Notes under the pieces: generated by a model
The model's database searches: none
What the model was told of the DNA's origin: nothing
The model's input: only the letters and a program-made list of their open reading frames with translations
Position numbers and translations under genes: made by a program
Virus record (IMG/VR): IMGVR_UViG_3300029288_000060
Coordinates: 1 to 64,000 of that record
DNA: 64,000 bases
Strand: one strand, 5' to 3'
Origin: a virus
Taxonomy: Duplodnaviria > Caudoviricetes
In this document: positions 8,621 through 19,346 of the stretch, in pieces
Numbering within the stretch: position 1 is the first letter of the stretch
Layout of the letters: each line of letters begins with the position of its first letter

Positions 8621-10161
8621 TTACTGAACTTTTTTTAAACTCATGTTACAGCTTAGTATTAAATAAATCCACAAAAATTAAAAAGAATAAATCTATATAT
8701 CGGGACATTCTTGAAATTTTAGATTTCTTTAAGAAAAAACAAAAAAACGAAATACCAATTAATATTCAAAATAAACTTGAATGTCTGCATGAAATATGTG
8801 AATTAAAATTAAATGATAAGAGTGATGATAATGTAATAGATAGTATTTCCTATGGTCAAAAATTTAAATCTTTAATGGATTTTATTATTGTAAAAAGAAA
8901 TGAAGAAATTCCAGATTTAATATTATCAGATCATATTTCTCAAATAAGAATGAGAAAAAAATTAAACGGAGTAGTTGCGAACTATGATGAAATTTCTAAA
9001 TTTTTAGACATAATTAAATCTGGAAATTATGATTCTATCGATGATATAATTTTTAATTATGAAAAAATAATTAAAGAAGCGAATTATAATTTAATGGAAT
9101 GTAGTAGAAATATTGGTCTTGAATCTTCCTCATCTTTAGATTTAAATAAAGATGATTATGCTCCTGTAGTTGATATGATTAAGAAAAAATATGATAAAGG
9201 AAATACTATTCCAACTGGTTATTCTATTTTTGACCAAGATGTTTTTGATAATGGTGGTTTTGAAAAATCTAGATTATACATTTTAGCTGGCGGATCTGGC
9301 TCAGGAAAATCAACTTTAATCTTAAATTTCATTAATAATGATATAACAACAATTAGAGATAAAACAACCACAAATATGTCAAATGTATATTTGTATATAA
9401 CTCTAGAAAATTTAATAGATGAAAGTTTATTGAGATTATACCAAATGATGTTTGATAAAGATAAATTATCAGCTTTAAGAGATATTAACGCAGGAATTGA
9501 TATTAAAAAAGCAATAAATGACAGAACACAAATTTCTGGTTGTTCTGTCATTTTTAAATATTTTCAAAAGTATTCTATCAGCTGTACTGATATTATGATG
9601 CATTTAGATGATGTTATAGATCAATATGGTAAAGATTCAATTAGAGGGCTTTTTGTTGATTATTTAGATTTATTAAAAGCTGATATTACTAATGATTTAT
9701 ATAGATTAGAATTGGGATTCATAACATCTGCATTAAAAGATATAGCTGTAAAATATAATATACCTGTAATAACAGTATCTCAATTAGGTAGAGCAGTTTA
9801 CAGAAACCAAGATTCAAAAAGTTTAAACATGGACATGATGTCAGAGTCAGTTAAGAAAATTGAACATGCAGATTTTATTGCTTTAATGTCAAAAGATCAA
9901 ACAAGTAGTGATAAGGTATATTTGAAAGTATCAAAAAATAGATGTGGTCCTGACAATATTACAGCGGATTTTAATGTAAATTTTAATCATTATAAGTTTT
10001 TAAACGCTTTAAAAGTATCAAATAACCAGAGAACAGATATAACTACAGATCAAAGAATTCAAATAGATTCAATTGATTTTGGAGAACAACCTGTTAAAAA
10101 GAGTTTTACAGGTATGAATGAATATAATAAAAAAGATAAATTGGTAAATGAAGTTTTTTAA
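8617..10161 (+). CDS. DnaB/T4 gp41-like replicative helicase
   Basis: IPTGY, Walker A GGSGSGKS, YITLEN, VDYLDLL, TVSQLGR, KNRCG. Confidence 0.9.
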   Translation: MITELFLNSCYSLVLNKSTKIKKNKSIYRDILEILDFFKKKQKNEIPINIQNKLECLHEICELKLNDKSDDNVIDSISYGQKFKSLMDFIIVKRNEEIPDLILSDHISQIRMRKKLNGVVANYDEISKFLDIIKSGNYDSIDDIIFNYEKIIKEANYNLMECSRNIGLESSSSLDLNKDDYAPVVDMIKKKYDKGNTIPTGYSIFDQDVFDNGGFEKSRLYILAGGSGSGKSTLILNFINNDITTIRDKTTTNMSNVYLYITLENLIDESLLRLYQMMFDKDKLSALRDINAGIDIKKAINDRTQISGCSVIFKYFQKYSISCTDIMMHLDDVIDQYGKDSIRGLFVDYLDLLKADITNDLYRLELGFITSALKDIAVKYNIPVITVSQLGRAVYRNQDSKSLNMDMMSESVKKIEHADFIALMSKDQTSSDKVYLKVSKNRCGPDNITADFNVNFNHYKFLNALKVSNNQRTDITTDQRIQIDSIDFGEQPVKKSFTGMNEYNKKDKLVNEVF

Positions 10162-10263
10162 TGTAAGAAACAAACTCATTCTAATATGTTTAAAACTATA
10201 GAACAAATAAAAAATAAAATAATTTAGAGATCATGAAAAATATTTCAGGAGGAAAAATAAAAA

Positions 10264-11169
10264 ATGAAAAAAGTATCTTATATACAACTTTTAAAAGAAG
10301 CAATTTCTGAATTTGATGCAAATGCAATGGATTATAAAGGTCCAATGATTGAACCAATTCTGACTTTTTCAGGTGATGGAGAACTTGAAACAAATAAAGA
10401 TGCTTCATCTATTTTGGAAAGATACTATTTTAATGAAAAATCAGAAAAGTTAGTAGAACAGGATGATGAAGTTGGTCCTGAAGATGAAATGGATATTGAC
10501 CCTGAAGATGATGCAGAAGATCCAAATGAAATTGTTACTGGCGAAGAGGCAGATGATGTCGACGATACTATGGAAGATCTTGAAGATGAGTTAGTTGAAG
10601 AAGAATTGGAACTTGAAGATTATGAACCTGGCGACCCAGATATCGTGGCCAAGGATGAACCTTTAGATGTTGATGACATGGTAACGAATGAAATGGTTGC
10701 GCTTGAAAATACTGTAATTGAAAAATTAATTCAAGAAATGGAAGAAGAGGAAGAAAAAGGTACAGAGGCTGGTACAGATCTAGCTGATGAAGAAGAAGTT
10801 GATGACATAATTGAAGATATTGATTTACTAGAAGCTGAATTGGAAGATATAGAGAGTGATGAAGAAAAAGTCGAGGATAAAGATGAAGAGGATCTAAACG
10901 TAGATAAAGAAATTGAAAATGAAGGAGAAGGAATGGGTCCAATCCGCATCAAGGCTGCTCGTGAAGTAGAGGAAGCATTTAGAATTTTTAAAGAACAAGT
11001 TGAAGAAGAGGAAAAAGAAGCAGAAGAAGAAGAAAAAGAAGAAACTAAAGAAGAGGAAGAAAAAGATCTAGAGGAAGACTTTGATTTAACTCTAGAAGAT
11101 GACGAAATTGACGACGTTGAAGAAGTAGAGGATGATATAGAAGATAAAGAAGAAGATGAACTTGATTAG
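10264..11169 (+). CDS. Highly acidic protein, probable prohead core/scaffold component
   Basis: Very D/E-rich; own promoter motif (10200) and terminator; begins head block. Confidence 0.55.
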   Translation: MKKVSYIQLLKEAISEFDANAMDYKGPMIEPILTFSGDGELETNKDASSILERYYFNEKSEKLVEQDDEVGPEDEMDIDPEDDAEDPNEIVTGEEADDVDDTMEDLEDELVEEELELEDYEPGDPDIVAKDEPLDVDDMVTNEMVALENTVIEKLIQEMEEEEEKGTEAGTDLADEEEVDDIIEDIDLLEAELEDIESDEEKVEDKDEEDLNVDKEIENEGEGMGPIRIKAAREVEEAFRIFKEQVEEEEKEAEEEEKEETKEEEEKDLEEDFDLTLEDDEIDDVEEVEDDIEDKEEDELD

Positions 11170-11198
11170 TAGTATATAATTTTTTTAAAAAACATCGC

Positions 11199-11234
11199 AA
11201 AAGTGGGTGATCTAAAAAGTCACCCACTTTTTTA
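11199..11234 (+). terminator. Intrinsic terminator
   Basis: AAAAGTGGGTGA / TCACCCACTTTT plus T tract. Confidence 0.8.
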
Positions 11235-11278
11235 TCGAACTAAATTTTTGATTAATTGTGTGAAAGGAAATTAAAAAA

Positions 11279-11809
11279 ATGAAATATAGAGTAAAAATCA
11301 AAAATCCGAATAAAATGTTTATTATAAATAATAGACCGGTTAGATCACCATTACAATGTTTTATTAATGAAGATGAATTATCAATGATTAAGTCAAGAAT
11401 AAAATTTTATGGTTTAAATGATAAAGATTATGAAATTGATGAAGTTATAGATAATGAAGAAGAAAAAAAAGATTATTCAGTCATACGTCCTAAAAGAGAA
11501 GCAGATAAAACAATCCGAGAAGAAAAAAACTTCACAAGTAATCAAGAACAATTACATAAAGATATTAATAAAACTTCAATAAAACCAAAACAAAAAATAT
11601 TAACAAAAAAAGAAGTGATTGTTCATCAAAAACAAAATATAACAATTCCAAACAACATACCGGAAGATAATTCTACAAATTCTAACTTAAATATAGAACA
11701 AATATTAAATGATAAGATAGAAAATAGTTCAGATGTTGAAGTCAAGATTGAAGAATTAACAGTTAAATCATCATCTATTTTACAAAAATTTTTAGAAAGT
11801 GAATTTTAA
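11279..11809 (+). CDS. Hypothetical protein
   Basis: 176-aa ORF in co-directional cluster. Confidence 0.7.
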   Translation: MKYRVKIKNPNKMFIINNRPVRSPLQCFINEDELSMIKSRIKFYGLNDKDYEIDEVIDNEEEKKDYSVIRPKREADKTIREEKNFTSNQEQLHKDINKTSIKPKQKILTKKEVIVHQKQNITIPNNIPEDNSTNSNLNIEQILNDKIENSSDVEVKIEELTVKSSSILQKFLESEF

Positions 11810-12116
11810 AATTCGAAAGAGAGTGAGTGGAAAAATGAAAAAAATTGTAATTTATCAAGAAAAGAGTGATCCATTAATATTATTAGATAATGATGATACT
11901 GTAATTGAAGTATATACAAAGAATTTTTCTAAAGTGTTAGAATCATCAAAAGTTTGTATAATTGAGGTTACTTCAAATACTGTATTAATAAAACCTTCAA
12001 AAATTAATTCTATTGTTATATCTGAATTAACAGATTCTAATTCAAAAGAAATTATTAAGAAAGAAAAGAATCTAAAAATTAAAAATGTTGAACAGCCTGA
12101 CATAATAAAGGATTGA
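11799..12116 (+). CDS. Hypothetical protein (start may be ATG at 11835)
   Basis: ORF track; operon context. Confidence 0.6.
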   Translation: MNFKIRKRVSGKMKKIVIYQEKSDPLILLDNDDTVIEVYTKNFSKVLESSKVCIIEVTSNTVLIKPSKINSIVISELTDSNSKEIIKKEKNLKIKNVEQPDIIKD

Positions 12117-12120
12117 TTAT

Positions 12121-12549
12121 ATGATATTATATATATATTTGTTAGCGTTATTAATTATAACATTTATTGGTATTGTAATTTTTATTGATTACTCTGATAA
12201 AATTAGAAGATCTAATAAAGTTAAAAACTTTGATTTATATATTACTGTTTTAGAATACCATATGAAAAAAGCATATGATATTATATATAAAGATAAAATA
12301 TTAATTTATTCTTTAGAGGCAACAAAAATTGATGATTCAGAATTCAATATTGCCTCAAAAGAATTTGCTTTATTAGTTTTAAAAATGATAGGTCCAAATT
12401 TAAAAGATGAATTTGTTGACTTATATGGAGATGAAGAAACTTTAATTTTTAATTTAATAGAATATTTTAATACCAATTTTGAAAATGATGAAATTAGGGA
12501 AAAAGCCAAACAAAATATTTTTGAGAGTTTAGATAATTCAAAAATATAA
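12121..12549 (+). CDS. Hypothetical protein with N-terminal transmembrane helix
   Basis: MILYIYLLALLIITFIGIVIFI. Confidence 0.7.
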   Translation: MILYIYLLALLIITFIGIVIFIDYSDKIRRSNKVKNFDLYITVLEYHMKKAYDIIYKDKILIYSLEATKIDDSEFNIASKEFALLVLKMIGPNLKDEFVDLYGDEETLIFNLIEYFNTNFENDEIREKAKQNIFESLDNSKI

Positions 12550-12562
12550 TGAGGAATAAAAT

Positions 12563-13435
12563 ATGGCAAATATTGTAGACAATTATCTAGAAAATTTACA
12601 TGAGCAAGCTGCTGTTGCAAAAGCTGGCGCATTTTTAGGTAAAGAAATTATGGGAGCTGCAGCAGGCGGCATAAAATGGGCTGCAGGTACTGCTGCTGCA
12701 TTGGTAGCATTAAAAACTGCAAATGCTGCATTTAGTAAAGCAACAAGAGTTTGTGGAAGCAGAATACTTAATAAACATAGTCCTGGTTTTAAAATATGTG
12801 TTGCAAGAGAAAGGATTAAAGCATTACAACAAAAAATAAATGTTTACACTAATCTTTTATCAAAATGTAATAAAGATAAAAATCCAACTGTTTGTAAACA
12901 AAAATATACTATTGAAATTACTAAAGCTAAAAACAGAATTTTAGTCAATCAAAATAAAATAAAGCAATTACTTGGAGAAAATCAACAAATAAAAGAGCAA
13001 GGAGCATTATTAGCAAAGGGAGGACAACTTGCATTAAAAGGTGGAACTATAGCTTTAGGTTTAGCCACAATGATGACAGTCGATAAATCTATTTTTTTAT
13101 TAAATAGAACTATAGCTGCTTCATTTAGTAAAGCATCAAGACAATGTGGAATTTATAAGGATAATACAGAAAGAAAATTATGTATAGCAAAAGTTCAACT
13201 AGCGATTTCTATAACAAAGTTAAATAAATTAAAAGGTATATTAGCTCAATGTAATAAAGAAAAAAATGTAAACAAATGTAAAAATAAAGTCAATAAACAT
13301 ATTGAAAAAACTTCTAGAAATATTCAGATATTAAAAGATTCTATAACATCATATAAAAATCAATGGGAAACAGAAAAAAGAGAAGAAAGGTTAAAAGCGG
13401 AAATGAAAAAACAATCCAAACAAAAAACAAAATAA
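12563..13435 (+). CDS. Basic Cys-rich putative virion (internal head) protein with two internal repeats
   Basis: Twice: EQ, Ala/Gly hydrophobic stretch, FSKA(T/S)RxCG...C(V/I)A...CNK(D/E)KN...CK. Confidence 0.6.
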   Translation: MANIVDNYLENLHEQAAVAKAGAFLGKEIMGAAAGGIKWAAGTAAALVALKTANAAFSKATRVCGSRILNKHSPGFKICVARERIKALQQKINVYTNLLSKCNKDKNPTVCKQKYTIEITKAKNRILVNQNKIKQLLGENQQIKEQGALLAKGGQLALKGGTIALGLATMMTVDKSIFLLNRTIAASFSKASRQCGIYKDNTERKLCIAKVQLAISITKLNKLKGILAQCNKEKNVNKCKNKVNKHIEKTSRNIQILKDSITSYKNQWETEKREERLKAEMKKQSKQKTK

Positions 13436-13532
13436 AAAATTTCTGATATCGTAAAAAACATAGAACAAAAATTAAAGTATATAATATTATGTACTTTAAA
13501 TTACGAAATATAATTATCAGGAGGAATAAAAA

Positions 13533-14048
13533 ATGATTTTAATGGAAGTAGCTTATAATTCAAGGAATGAAGATTTTGATTATCTTGCGGAATATTTAAT
13601 TGAAAAACCTGGTCTTACATTAACTGAAGCAAAAGAACTTATTTTTCTTATTGAAGAAGATAAAGAATCTGTTTTAAAGAAAATAAAAGCTGGCGCGAGT
13701 AAAAAGCTTGCAAGTCTGAAAGCGTGGTATCAGAAACAGGCTGCTAGTTTAAAAGCGAAATTTACAGGCACTAAATTGGCACAGAAACTTGCAGAGTTGA
13801 AAAAAGCATATCAGAATAAACTAAGAATAGTAAAAAATGAAGCAGAATCTGCTGGCAAAAAAATATCAGGTCGCGCTTTCAGAATGAAAACTGCCGTAAA
13901 AGCCGCCTACAGAACACTTCCTAAAAAGGGTAAAGTTGGTCTCGCAATTGGTGCGGGTGCTGCAGGCGCTGCAGGTGTTGGTGCAGGTTTGGCCGCATAT
14001 CGTGCAAAAAAGAAAAGACAAGAAGCTGTAGCAGCAAAAAAGAAATAA
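13533..14048 (+). CDS. Lys/Ala-rich putative virion protein
   Basis: Acidic N-terminus, basic body, C-terminal GLAIGAGAAGAAGVGAGLAAY; promoter motif at 13462. Confidence 0.6.
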   Translation: MILMEVAYNSRNEDFDYLAEYLIEKPGLTLTEAKELIFLIEEDKESVLKKIKAGASKKLASLKAWYQKQAASLKAKFTGTKLAQKLAELKKAYQNKLRIVKNEAESAGKKISGRAFRMKTAVKAAYRTLPKKGKVGLAIGAGAAGAAGVGAGLAAYRAKKKRQEAVAAKKK

Positions 14049-14063
14049 AGAGTTTTATTTTAG

Positions 14064-14112
14064 TAAACAACGCACTAGAAATTTCTTCTAGATATGACTA
14101 GTGCGTTGTTTA
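14064..14112 (+). terminator. Stem-loop between genes (terminator or processing site)
   Basis: TAAACAACGCACTAG / CTAGTGCGTTGTTTA, 15-bp inverted repeat. Confidence 0.6.
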
Positions 14113-14148
14113 TCCAACTTTAATAATTAAACAAAGAATAGAGGTAAA

Positions 14149-17100
14149 ATGACATTACGAGATACATTTTCTAAACTAAAAACTACAATAGTAGGTACTA
14201 AAACATCCGGAATTGACTCCAAATTAGATAGCGCAGTTCGCGACATTATTGCATATAAATCAAATTCTGGAAGAAATGGTTATATAGATTTAATTAAAAG
14301 TTTAATATCCAAGGGTGGTTCATTAGATATTGGACAAAATGTAATGCAACAAGGCACTACTCCAGCAACATTTGGTCAAGGAGGAAGATTACAAAGATAT
14401 GTTGCATATTCTGCAATAGTATCTCATATAAACTATTGTCAAAGAGCGTTAGATGTATTAGTAGATAACATTTTAGCTCCGGATGATATAACAAAAACAT
14501 CATTAGAAGTAAACGCAAAATCTCAAAATGAATCAAATGAAAATGCAGAATCCAATGTTAAAGATGTGGAAGAAATTATTAAGAAATTAAAATTAGAAGA
14601 ACGTTTGGATATGATAGTAAAAAATACTTTGGAATACGGGGATTTCTTTTGTGAAATAGCTGATTCAAAAACTGCATTGACGAGTAAATCATCATTCTTA
14701 TCTGAATCTATTATTAATATCATAGAATATGAAAAAACAAGAACAAAAGAAGTCATAACAGAAAAATTAGAAGGAAAAGACATTAAAATTATAATGGATT
14801 TTTCAGCTCTTGATGATATTATTAACAATGATTCATCTAATAAAAAAGTTGTTAGTGATTTAGATGATAAGCAAAAAAGGAAAAAACTTAAACCCGAAGA
14901 TTTACATTTACTTTTTTATGAACCAAGAAGAGTAGTTAAATTACAAAGTGATATTTTTCCGATTTGTTTTGGATATCTAATATTTCCTGCATCATTATTG
15001 TCGCCTGCTTTAATGGTACAGAACCAAACTGTAAATGCCATTTGTCAGTCAATTTTAAAATCAGTAGAAAGAAAAATTCCTGGCTTAAGCGACCAAAATG
15101 TTAATACAAGAGATCTTGAAGATATTGTTAGAAGTATGATTAAAGAAACAGATTTTACTAAAGCTATGAATATTAGATATGTACCGCCAGATAGAATGCA
15201 GCACTTTCAAAGACCCTCAACAAAGTATTATCCATATGGAGAATCAATATTTGATTCAGTACAATTTAATGCGAAAGTATTAATTGCTATGGAAACCGCC
15301 TTAGCAATTTTAAGATTAAATAGATCAATTGAAAAAAGAAAAATTGCTGTTGAAGTTGGATTACCAAGAGATGCTGAAAAGGCAATTGAAAAATTAAAAG
15401 AAGAATTTAAAAGACGAAAAGTTAGTCTTGATAGTTTTGGAAGTGTAGATACAATTGCATGTTTAAGTCTTGAAACAGAAATAAGATTAACTAATGGTAA
15501 AAAAATTACATTATCTGAATTAATTAAATTATTTAATGAAGGTCATCAATTTGAAATATATGCTTATGATCATAATACTGGAAAAATTGCGCCAGATAAA
15601 GTTGTATCAGCTAAAGTTACAGGAAAAAATGTAAAAGTAATGAAAATTACATTAGATAATAATGAAAGTGTAATTTGTACAGATGAACACTATTGGATGT
15701 TAAGAGATGGAACATATTTAATGGCAAAAAATTTAAAAGTAAATGATAGCTTAATGCCTTTAAATAGAAAATCAACAAAGAATACAACAAACGAAGGTTA
15801 TACTTATGAAATGATTTATCAACCTGGTATTGGAAAATATGAATTAACTCATCAAGTATTTGCAAATTATTTAAACTTGTATGAAGATGGACAGAAAGAA
15901 GTTATACATCATATTGATAAAAATCCTAGAAATAATGATACTAAAAATTTAGTTGGATTAACAAGGAAAGACCATTCATATATACATTCAAATGAAGATG
16001 CTAATGGTGGAAATATTGGAAAAACACAAATTATAATCAAGAGAAAATGTATAATCTGCGGAAAAGAATTTGATGTAGAATATTTTTCTGGAACAAGTTG
16101 TTGTTCAGAGGAATGTTTTAGAAGCTACAAAAAAGAATATAGTAAAAAATCTTGGCAAGCAAGAATTGGTAAAAATGAATACGAAATTTTAAATATGAAA
16201 TGTTTCTTTTGTGGTAAAGAAATAACAATATTTAAATCAAAATTTAATAAAATGAAAGAAATATATAAAAATATCAAATTAGTTTCTTGTGATGATCCAG
16301 AATGTAAAAAACAATTAGATTACGCTAAGAGAATAAAAAATACTAATTTAACTCCAATTGAATATGTGAATTGCATAATTTGTGGAAAATTATTTATCAA
16401 GAAAAAAAATAATGAGAAAATAAATTTTAATATTTGTAGTAAAACATGTGAAGGAAAAATTGGAAATGAAGTTAGATGGGGAAGATTAAAAATTGAAAAA
16501 ATAAAAACAAAATGTATTCATTGTGGTAAAGAAATTGAAATAAGAAAAAGTTTATATGATTCAAGAATATTTCAATCATGTAATAATATGGATTGTGCCA
16601 GAAAAAATGCAGCATTGCATATTCTTTATAAAAAGAATAATAATAAATTATATTCTGATATTGAAACAGGAAATTGTATAATTTGTGGTAAACCTACAAT
16701 ATTTAATGAAAAGAAATCTGGATTTTCATATCATACTTGTGGTAGCAAAAGTTGCAGTTCTACAGTAATGCACAGATCATTTGGTAATAAGATTGTCCAA
16801 GTTCCTAGTAATACAGTTAATATGGTTATGAATCATAAGATAAAATCAATTGAATATTTAGAAGAAAAAATGGATGTTGGAGATATTCAAACAGAAAAGT
16901 TTCATAATTTTGGATTACAAGTTGGTGTTTTTGTCCATAACAGCCAAATTACAAGTTTTGAAGATATATTTATACCACAAAAAGATGGTAAAGCGTATGT
17001 TGACATTTCATCTATGACTGAAGGGATGGCAGATACAAGATCTAAAACTGATGAATTAAAATTTATTAGAGACTCAATAGTTGCAGGTCTTGGTGTGCCA

Positions 17101-17571
17101 CCAGCTTTTATTGGTTTAGAAGACAATATGACTGCTAAAAATAATCTTAGTGAAGAAAATGTTATGTTTGCTAGAACAATTGTTAACCATCAAAAATATT
17201 TAACACACCAAAATCAAGAATTAATTGTAAAAATATATAATATTATTGATGTAGAAAAGTCGTTGACTATTTTAGACGATGTGGAAATTGCATATCCTGC
17301 TCCAAAATCTTTACAATTTGAAAGACAAGCATCTTATCTTTCAAATTTAGCTAATCTTGTAGAAACATTAGAAAGAATTGGTGTACCAAAAGAATGGAGT
17401 AAAAAGAAATATTTAACTAGTATTGATTGGACTGAAGTAGAAAAATATGAAGTTGAGGATAAAATAGATAAAGAGCTAAAAATAAATCCAGAAACTGGAG
17501 AAGATATGAGTGGAATGGGCGGCGGATTGATGGGCGGAGGTATGGGAATGGGTGGTACTCCAGCATTCTAA
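14149..17571 (+). CDS. Portal protein (T4 gp20-like) interrupted by an intein
   Basis: YGDFF, PYGESIFD, METALAILRLNRSIEKR..VEVG, EDIFIP, L.FIRD.I.AGLGVPPAFIG, EENVMFARTI; upstream of protease and capsid. Confidence 0.85.
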   Translation: MTLRDTFSKLKTTIVGTKTSGIDSKLDSAVRDIIAYKSNSGRNGYIDLIKSLISKGGSLDIGQNVMQQGTTPATFGQGGRLQRYVAYSAIVSHINYCQRALDVLVDNILAPDDITKTSLEVNAKSQNESNENAESNVKDVEEIIKKLKLEERLDMIVKNTLEYGDFFCEIADSKTALTSKSSFLSESIINIIEYEKTRTKEVITEKLEGKDIKIIMDFSALDDIINNDSSNKKVVSDLDDKQKRKKLKPEDLHLLFYEPRRVVKLQSDIFPICFGYLIFPASLLSPALMVQNQTVNAICQSILKSVERKIPGLSDQNVNTRDLEDIVRSMIKETDFTKAMNIRYVPPDRMQHFQRPSTKYYPYGESIFDSVQFNAKVLIAMETALAILRLNRSIEKRKIAVEVGLPRDAEKAIEKLKEEFKRRKVSLDSFGSVDTIACLSLETEIRLTNGKKITLSELIKLFNEGHQFEIYAYDHNTGKIAPDKVVSAKVTGKNVKVMKITLDNNESVICTDEHYWMLRDGTYLMAKNLKVNDSLMPLNRKSTKNTTNEGYTYEMIYQPGIGKYELTHQVFANYLNLYEDGQKEVIHHIDKNPRNNDTKNLVGLTRKDHSYIHSNEDANGGNIGKTQIIIKRKCIICGKEFDVEYFSGTSCCSEECFRSYKKEYSKKSWQARIGKNEYEILNMKCFFCGKEITIFKSKFNKMKEIYKNIKLVSCDDPECKKQLDYAKRIKNTNLTPIEYVNCIICGKLFIKKKNNEKINFNICSKTCEGKIGNEVRWGRLKIEKIKTKCIHCGKEIEIRKSLYDSRIFQSCNNMDCARKNAALHILYKKNNNKLYSDIETGNCIICGKPTIFNEKKSGFSYHTCGSKSCSSTVMHRSFGNKIVQVPSNTVNMVMNHKIKSIEYLEEKMDVGDIQTEKFHNFGLQVGVFVHNSQITSFEDIFIPQKDGKAYVDISSMTEGMADTRSKTDELKFIRDSIVAGLGVPPAFIGLEDNMTAKNNLSEENVMFARTIVNHQKYLTHQNQELIVKIYNIIDVEKSLTILDDVEIAYPAPKSLQFERQASYLSNLANLVETLERIGVPKEWSKKKYLTSIDWTEVEKYEVEDKIDKELKINPETGEDMSGMGGGLMGGGMGMGGTPAF
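15460..16941 (+). mobile_element. Intein (494 aa, residues 438-931) with HNH endonuclease and multiple zinc-ribbon repeats
   Basis: Splice junctions TIA|CLSLETEI and GVFVHN|S; block B CTDEHYW; HHIDKNPRNN...NL; several CxxCGK repeats. Confidence 0.9.
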
Positions 17572-17596
17572 ACCATTTTGGAGAATTATATAAATT

Positions 17597-18631
17597 ATGA
17601 AAGTAAATAAAAAAAGCTTAGAAAAAGTTTTATTGAAACTTGAGCAGTATTACTCAAATATTAATGAACCAAAACCGTCTGATGGGGCAGAATCAGAAGT
17701 TGATGTGCCAAATGTACTTGATGACAAAGAATTTAAAACATCATTGCCATTAGAAGATATAGAAATTCAAGAACCAATTGTTAAAACTAAAAAAGGCAAA
17801 AATGTTTTAGGAGATCCAGTTAAACCAGATGATGCTGGAATTAAAGATATAGAAGTATTTGATAAAAGTGGTAATGAAATTAATGATTTAGAAGTTGATG
17901 ACATACATGACTTAGATAAATCTGAACCAGAAGAAACTGTAAATGATTTAGATGATGTTAGCGAAGAATGTGAAACACCAGGTAATAAAATTAGATCAAA
18001 AAAACAGGGTAAGGGAAAAGGTAGAGGTAAAGGAAAAGGCCCTATTGGACTTCCAAATAATGAAAATAGAATTTTTGAGCAAGATGAAAAAGAAGATGAA
18101 GATGAAAATGAGATGGGAAAAATAGCTCAAGATAATATGGGAGAACAAAATCCAGCTTCTGGTGAGGATCCTAATATAGATCCTAATACAGAAAAACCTG
18201 ACCCTAATGCTATGATGGGCGGAGATCAAGATTTTGATATAGGTGGTGAGAAACCTGATGCCACTGGTATGATGGGAGGTCAACAAGACCCTAATGCTAT
18301 GATGGGCGGGGATATGGGAGCATTAGGAGGTATGGAACCTCCTGCTCTTAGTGCAGAACAAGTCGGAAAAGTTTTTGAATTAAAAAAGATTTATACTAGG
18401 TTATTATCCATTGAATCTCAGTTATCATTTTCATCTGATATTATTTTATTAAAGTTAAGAAAATTTATTAGTAAAGCAATTGAATTATTTGAAACTGTAA
18501 TTTCAAATATAGAATCTTATAGAAAAGAAATTGATGATATCATTATTATATATTACGAATTTCTAAAAGAAGTTTATAGTATTATGAAACGGTATTATAA
18601 AATTAAAGAACGAGAAGATAAAAAAAAATAA
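17597..18631 (+). CDS. Acidic, Gly/Met-rich head-assembly region protein
   Basis: Between portal and protease; DPNAMMGG repeats. Confidence 0.55.
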   Translation: MKVNKKSLEKVLLKLEQYYSNINEPKPSDGAESEVDVPNVLDDKEFKTSLPLEDIEIQEPIVKTKKGKNVLGDPVKPDDAGIKDIEVFDKSGNEINDLEVDDIHDLDKSEPEETVNDLDDVSEECETPGNKIRSKKQGKGKGRGKGKGPIGLPNNENRIFEQDEKEDEDENEMGKIAQDNMGEQNPASGEDPNIDPNTEKPDPNAMMGGDQDFDIGGEKPDATGMMGGQQDPNAMMGGDMGALGGMEPPALSAEQVGKVFELKKIYTRLLSIESQLSFSSDIILLKLRKFISKAIELFETVISNIESYRKEIDDIIIIYYEFLKEVYSIMKRYYKIKEREDKKK

Positions 18632-18668
18632 GAACAAATAATAAATAAACTAATGAGGTTAAATAAAT

Positions 18669-19346
18669 ATGGATAAATTTATTATAGAATCCCCTATTCT
18701 GCAAGAAGCAGAAATAGTAAAGCAAAAAGCTAATAAAGCTATATACAGAATGGTACTTCAAACTTGTGATGAAGTAAATCAAAATAAAAGAATATATCCA
18801 AAAAAAGTATTAGTAGATGCAATGAAAAATGCAAGAGAAAGAATTAATAAAAAATTACCATTTGAAATGGACCACCCTTTAGTACAAGGAAATGAAGCAT
18901 ATGATGGAATGAGACAAACTACAGTTTTATTAAAAGAAGTATGTGGTTATATAATAGATTATGAGTTCAGGGGAAATTTGTTAATTGGTGAGTGTGAAAC
19001 CGCGTCTACTAGACTTGGAAAAGACTTATTGGGAATGTTATTAGATAAGTGCATGCTAGGCGCCAGCATGAGAGGGTTAGCATCCCTCGAGCAAGAAAAT
19101 GGTATAAATGTTGTGCAAGATCCATTATACATAATTACATTTGATGCAGTGTCATTACCTTCACATAAACAGGCAGTTGTAAATTTTAATGAGATGAGAT
19201 TTGAAAATAAAAATCTTTTAACAGAATCTTCAATTTGTAAAACAAATAGTGGTTTAATTTGTGCAAATGGTGTTTGTTATCTTCCCGACTATTTTGACAA
19301 ACTTGTAGAAACTAAAGTAGTTAAATTCTTTGAAAGATGGATATAA
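18669..19346 (+). CDS. Prohead protease (T4 gp21-like)
   Basis: NQNKRIYP, EMDHP, GASMRGLAS, FDAVSLPSH. Confidence 0.88.
   Translation: MDKFIIESPILQEAEIVKQKANKAIYRMVLQTCDEVNQNKRIYPKKVLVDAMKNARERINKKLPFEMDHPLVQGNEAYDGMRQTTVLLKEVCGYIIDYEFRGNLLIGECETASTRLGKDLLGMLLDKCMLGASMRGLASLEQENGINVVQDPLYIITFDAVSLPSHKQAVVNFNEMRFENKNLLTESSICKTNSGLICANGVCYLPDYFDKLVETKVVKFFERWI

Noticed and set aside
10264-11169. GAA/GAT-rich low-complexity tract
   Set aside because: Period-3 pattern explained by a Glu/Asp-rich protein
18200-18309. 23-nt direct repeat GACCCTAATGCTATGATGGGCGG (two copies)
   Set aside because: In-frame coding repeat (DPNAMMG); only two copies
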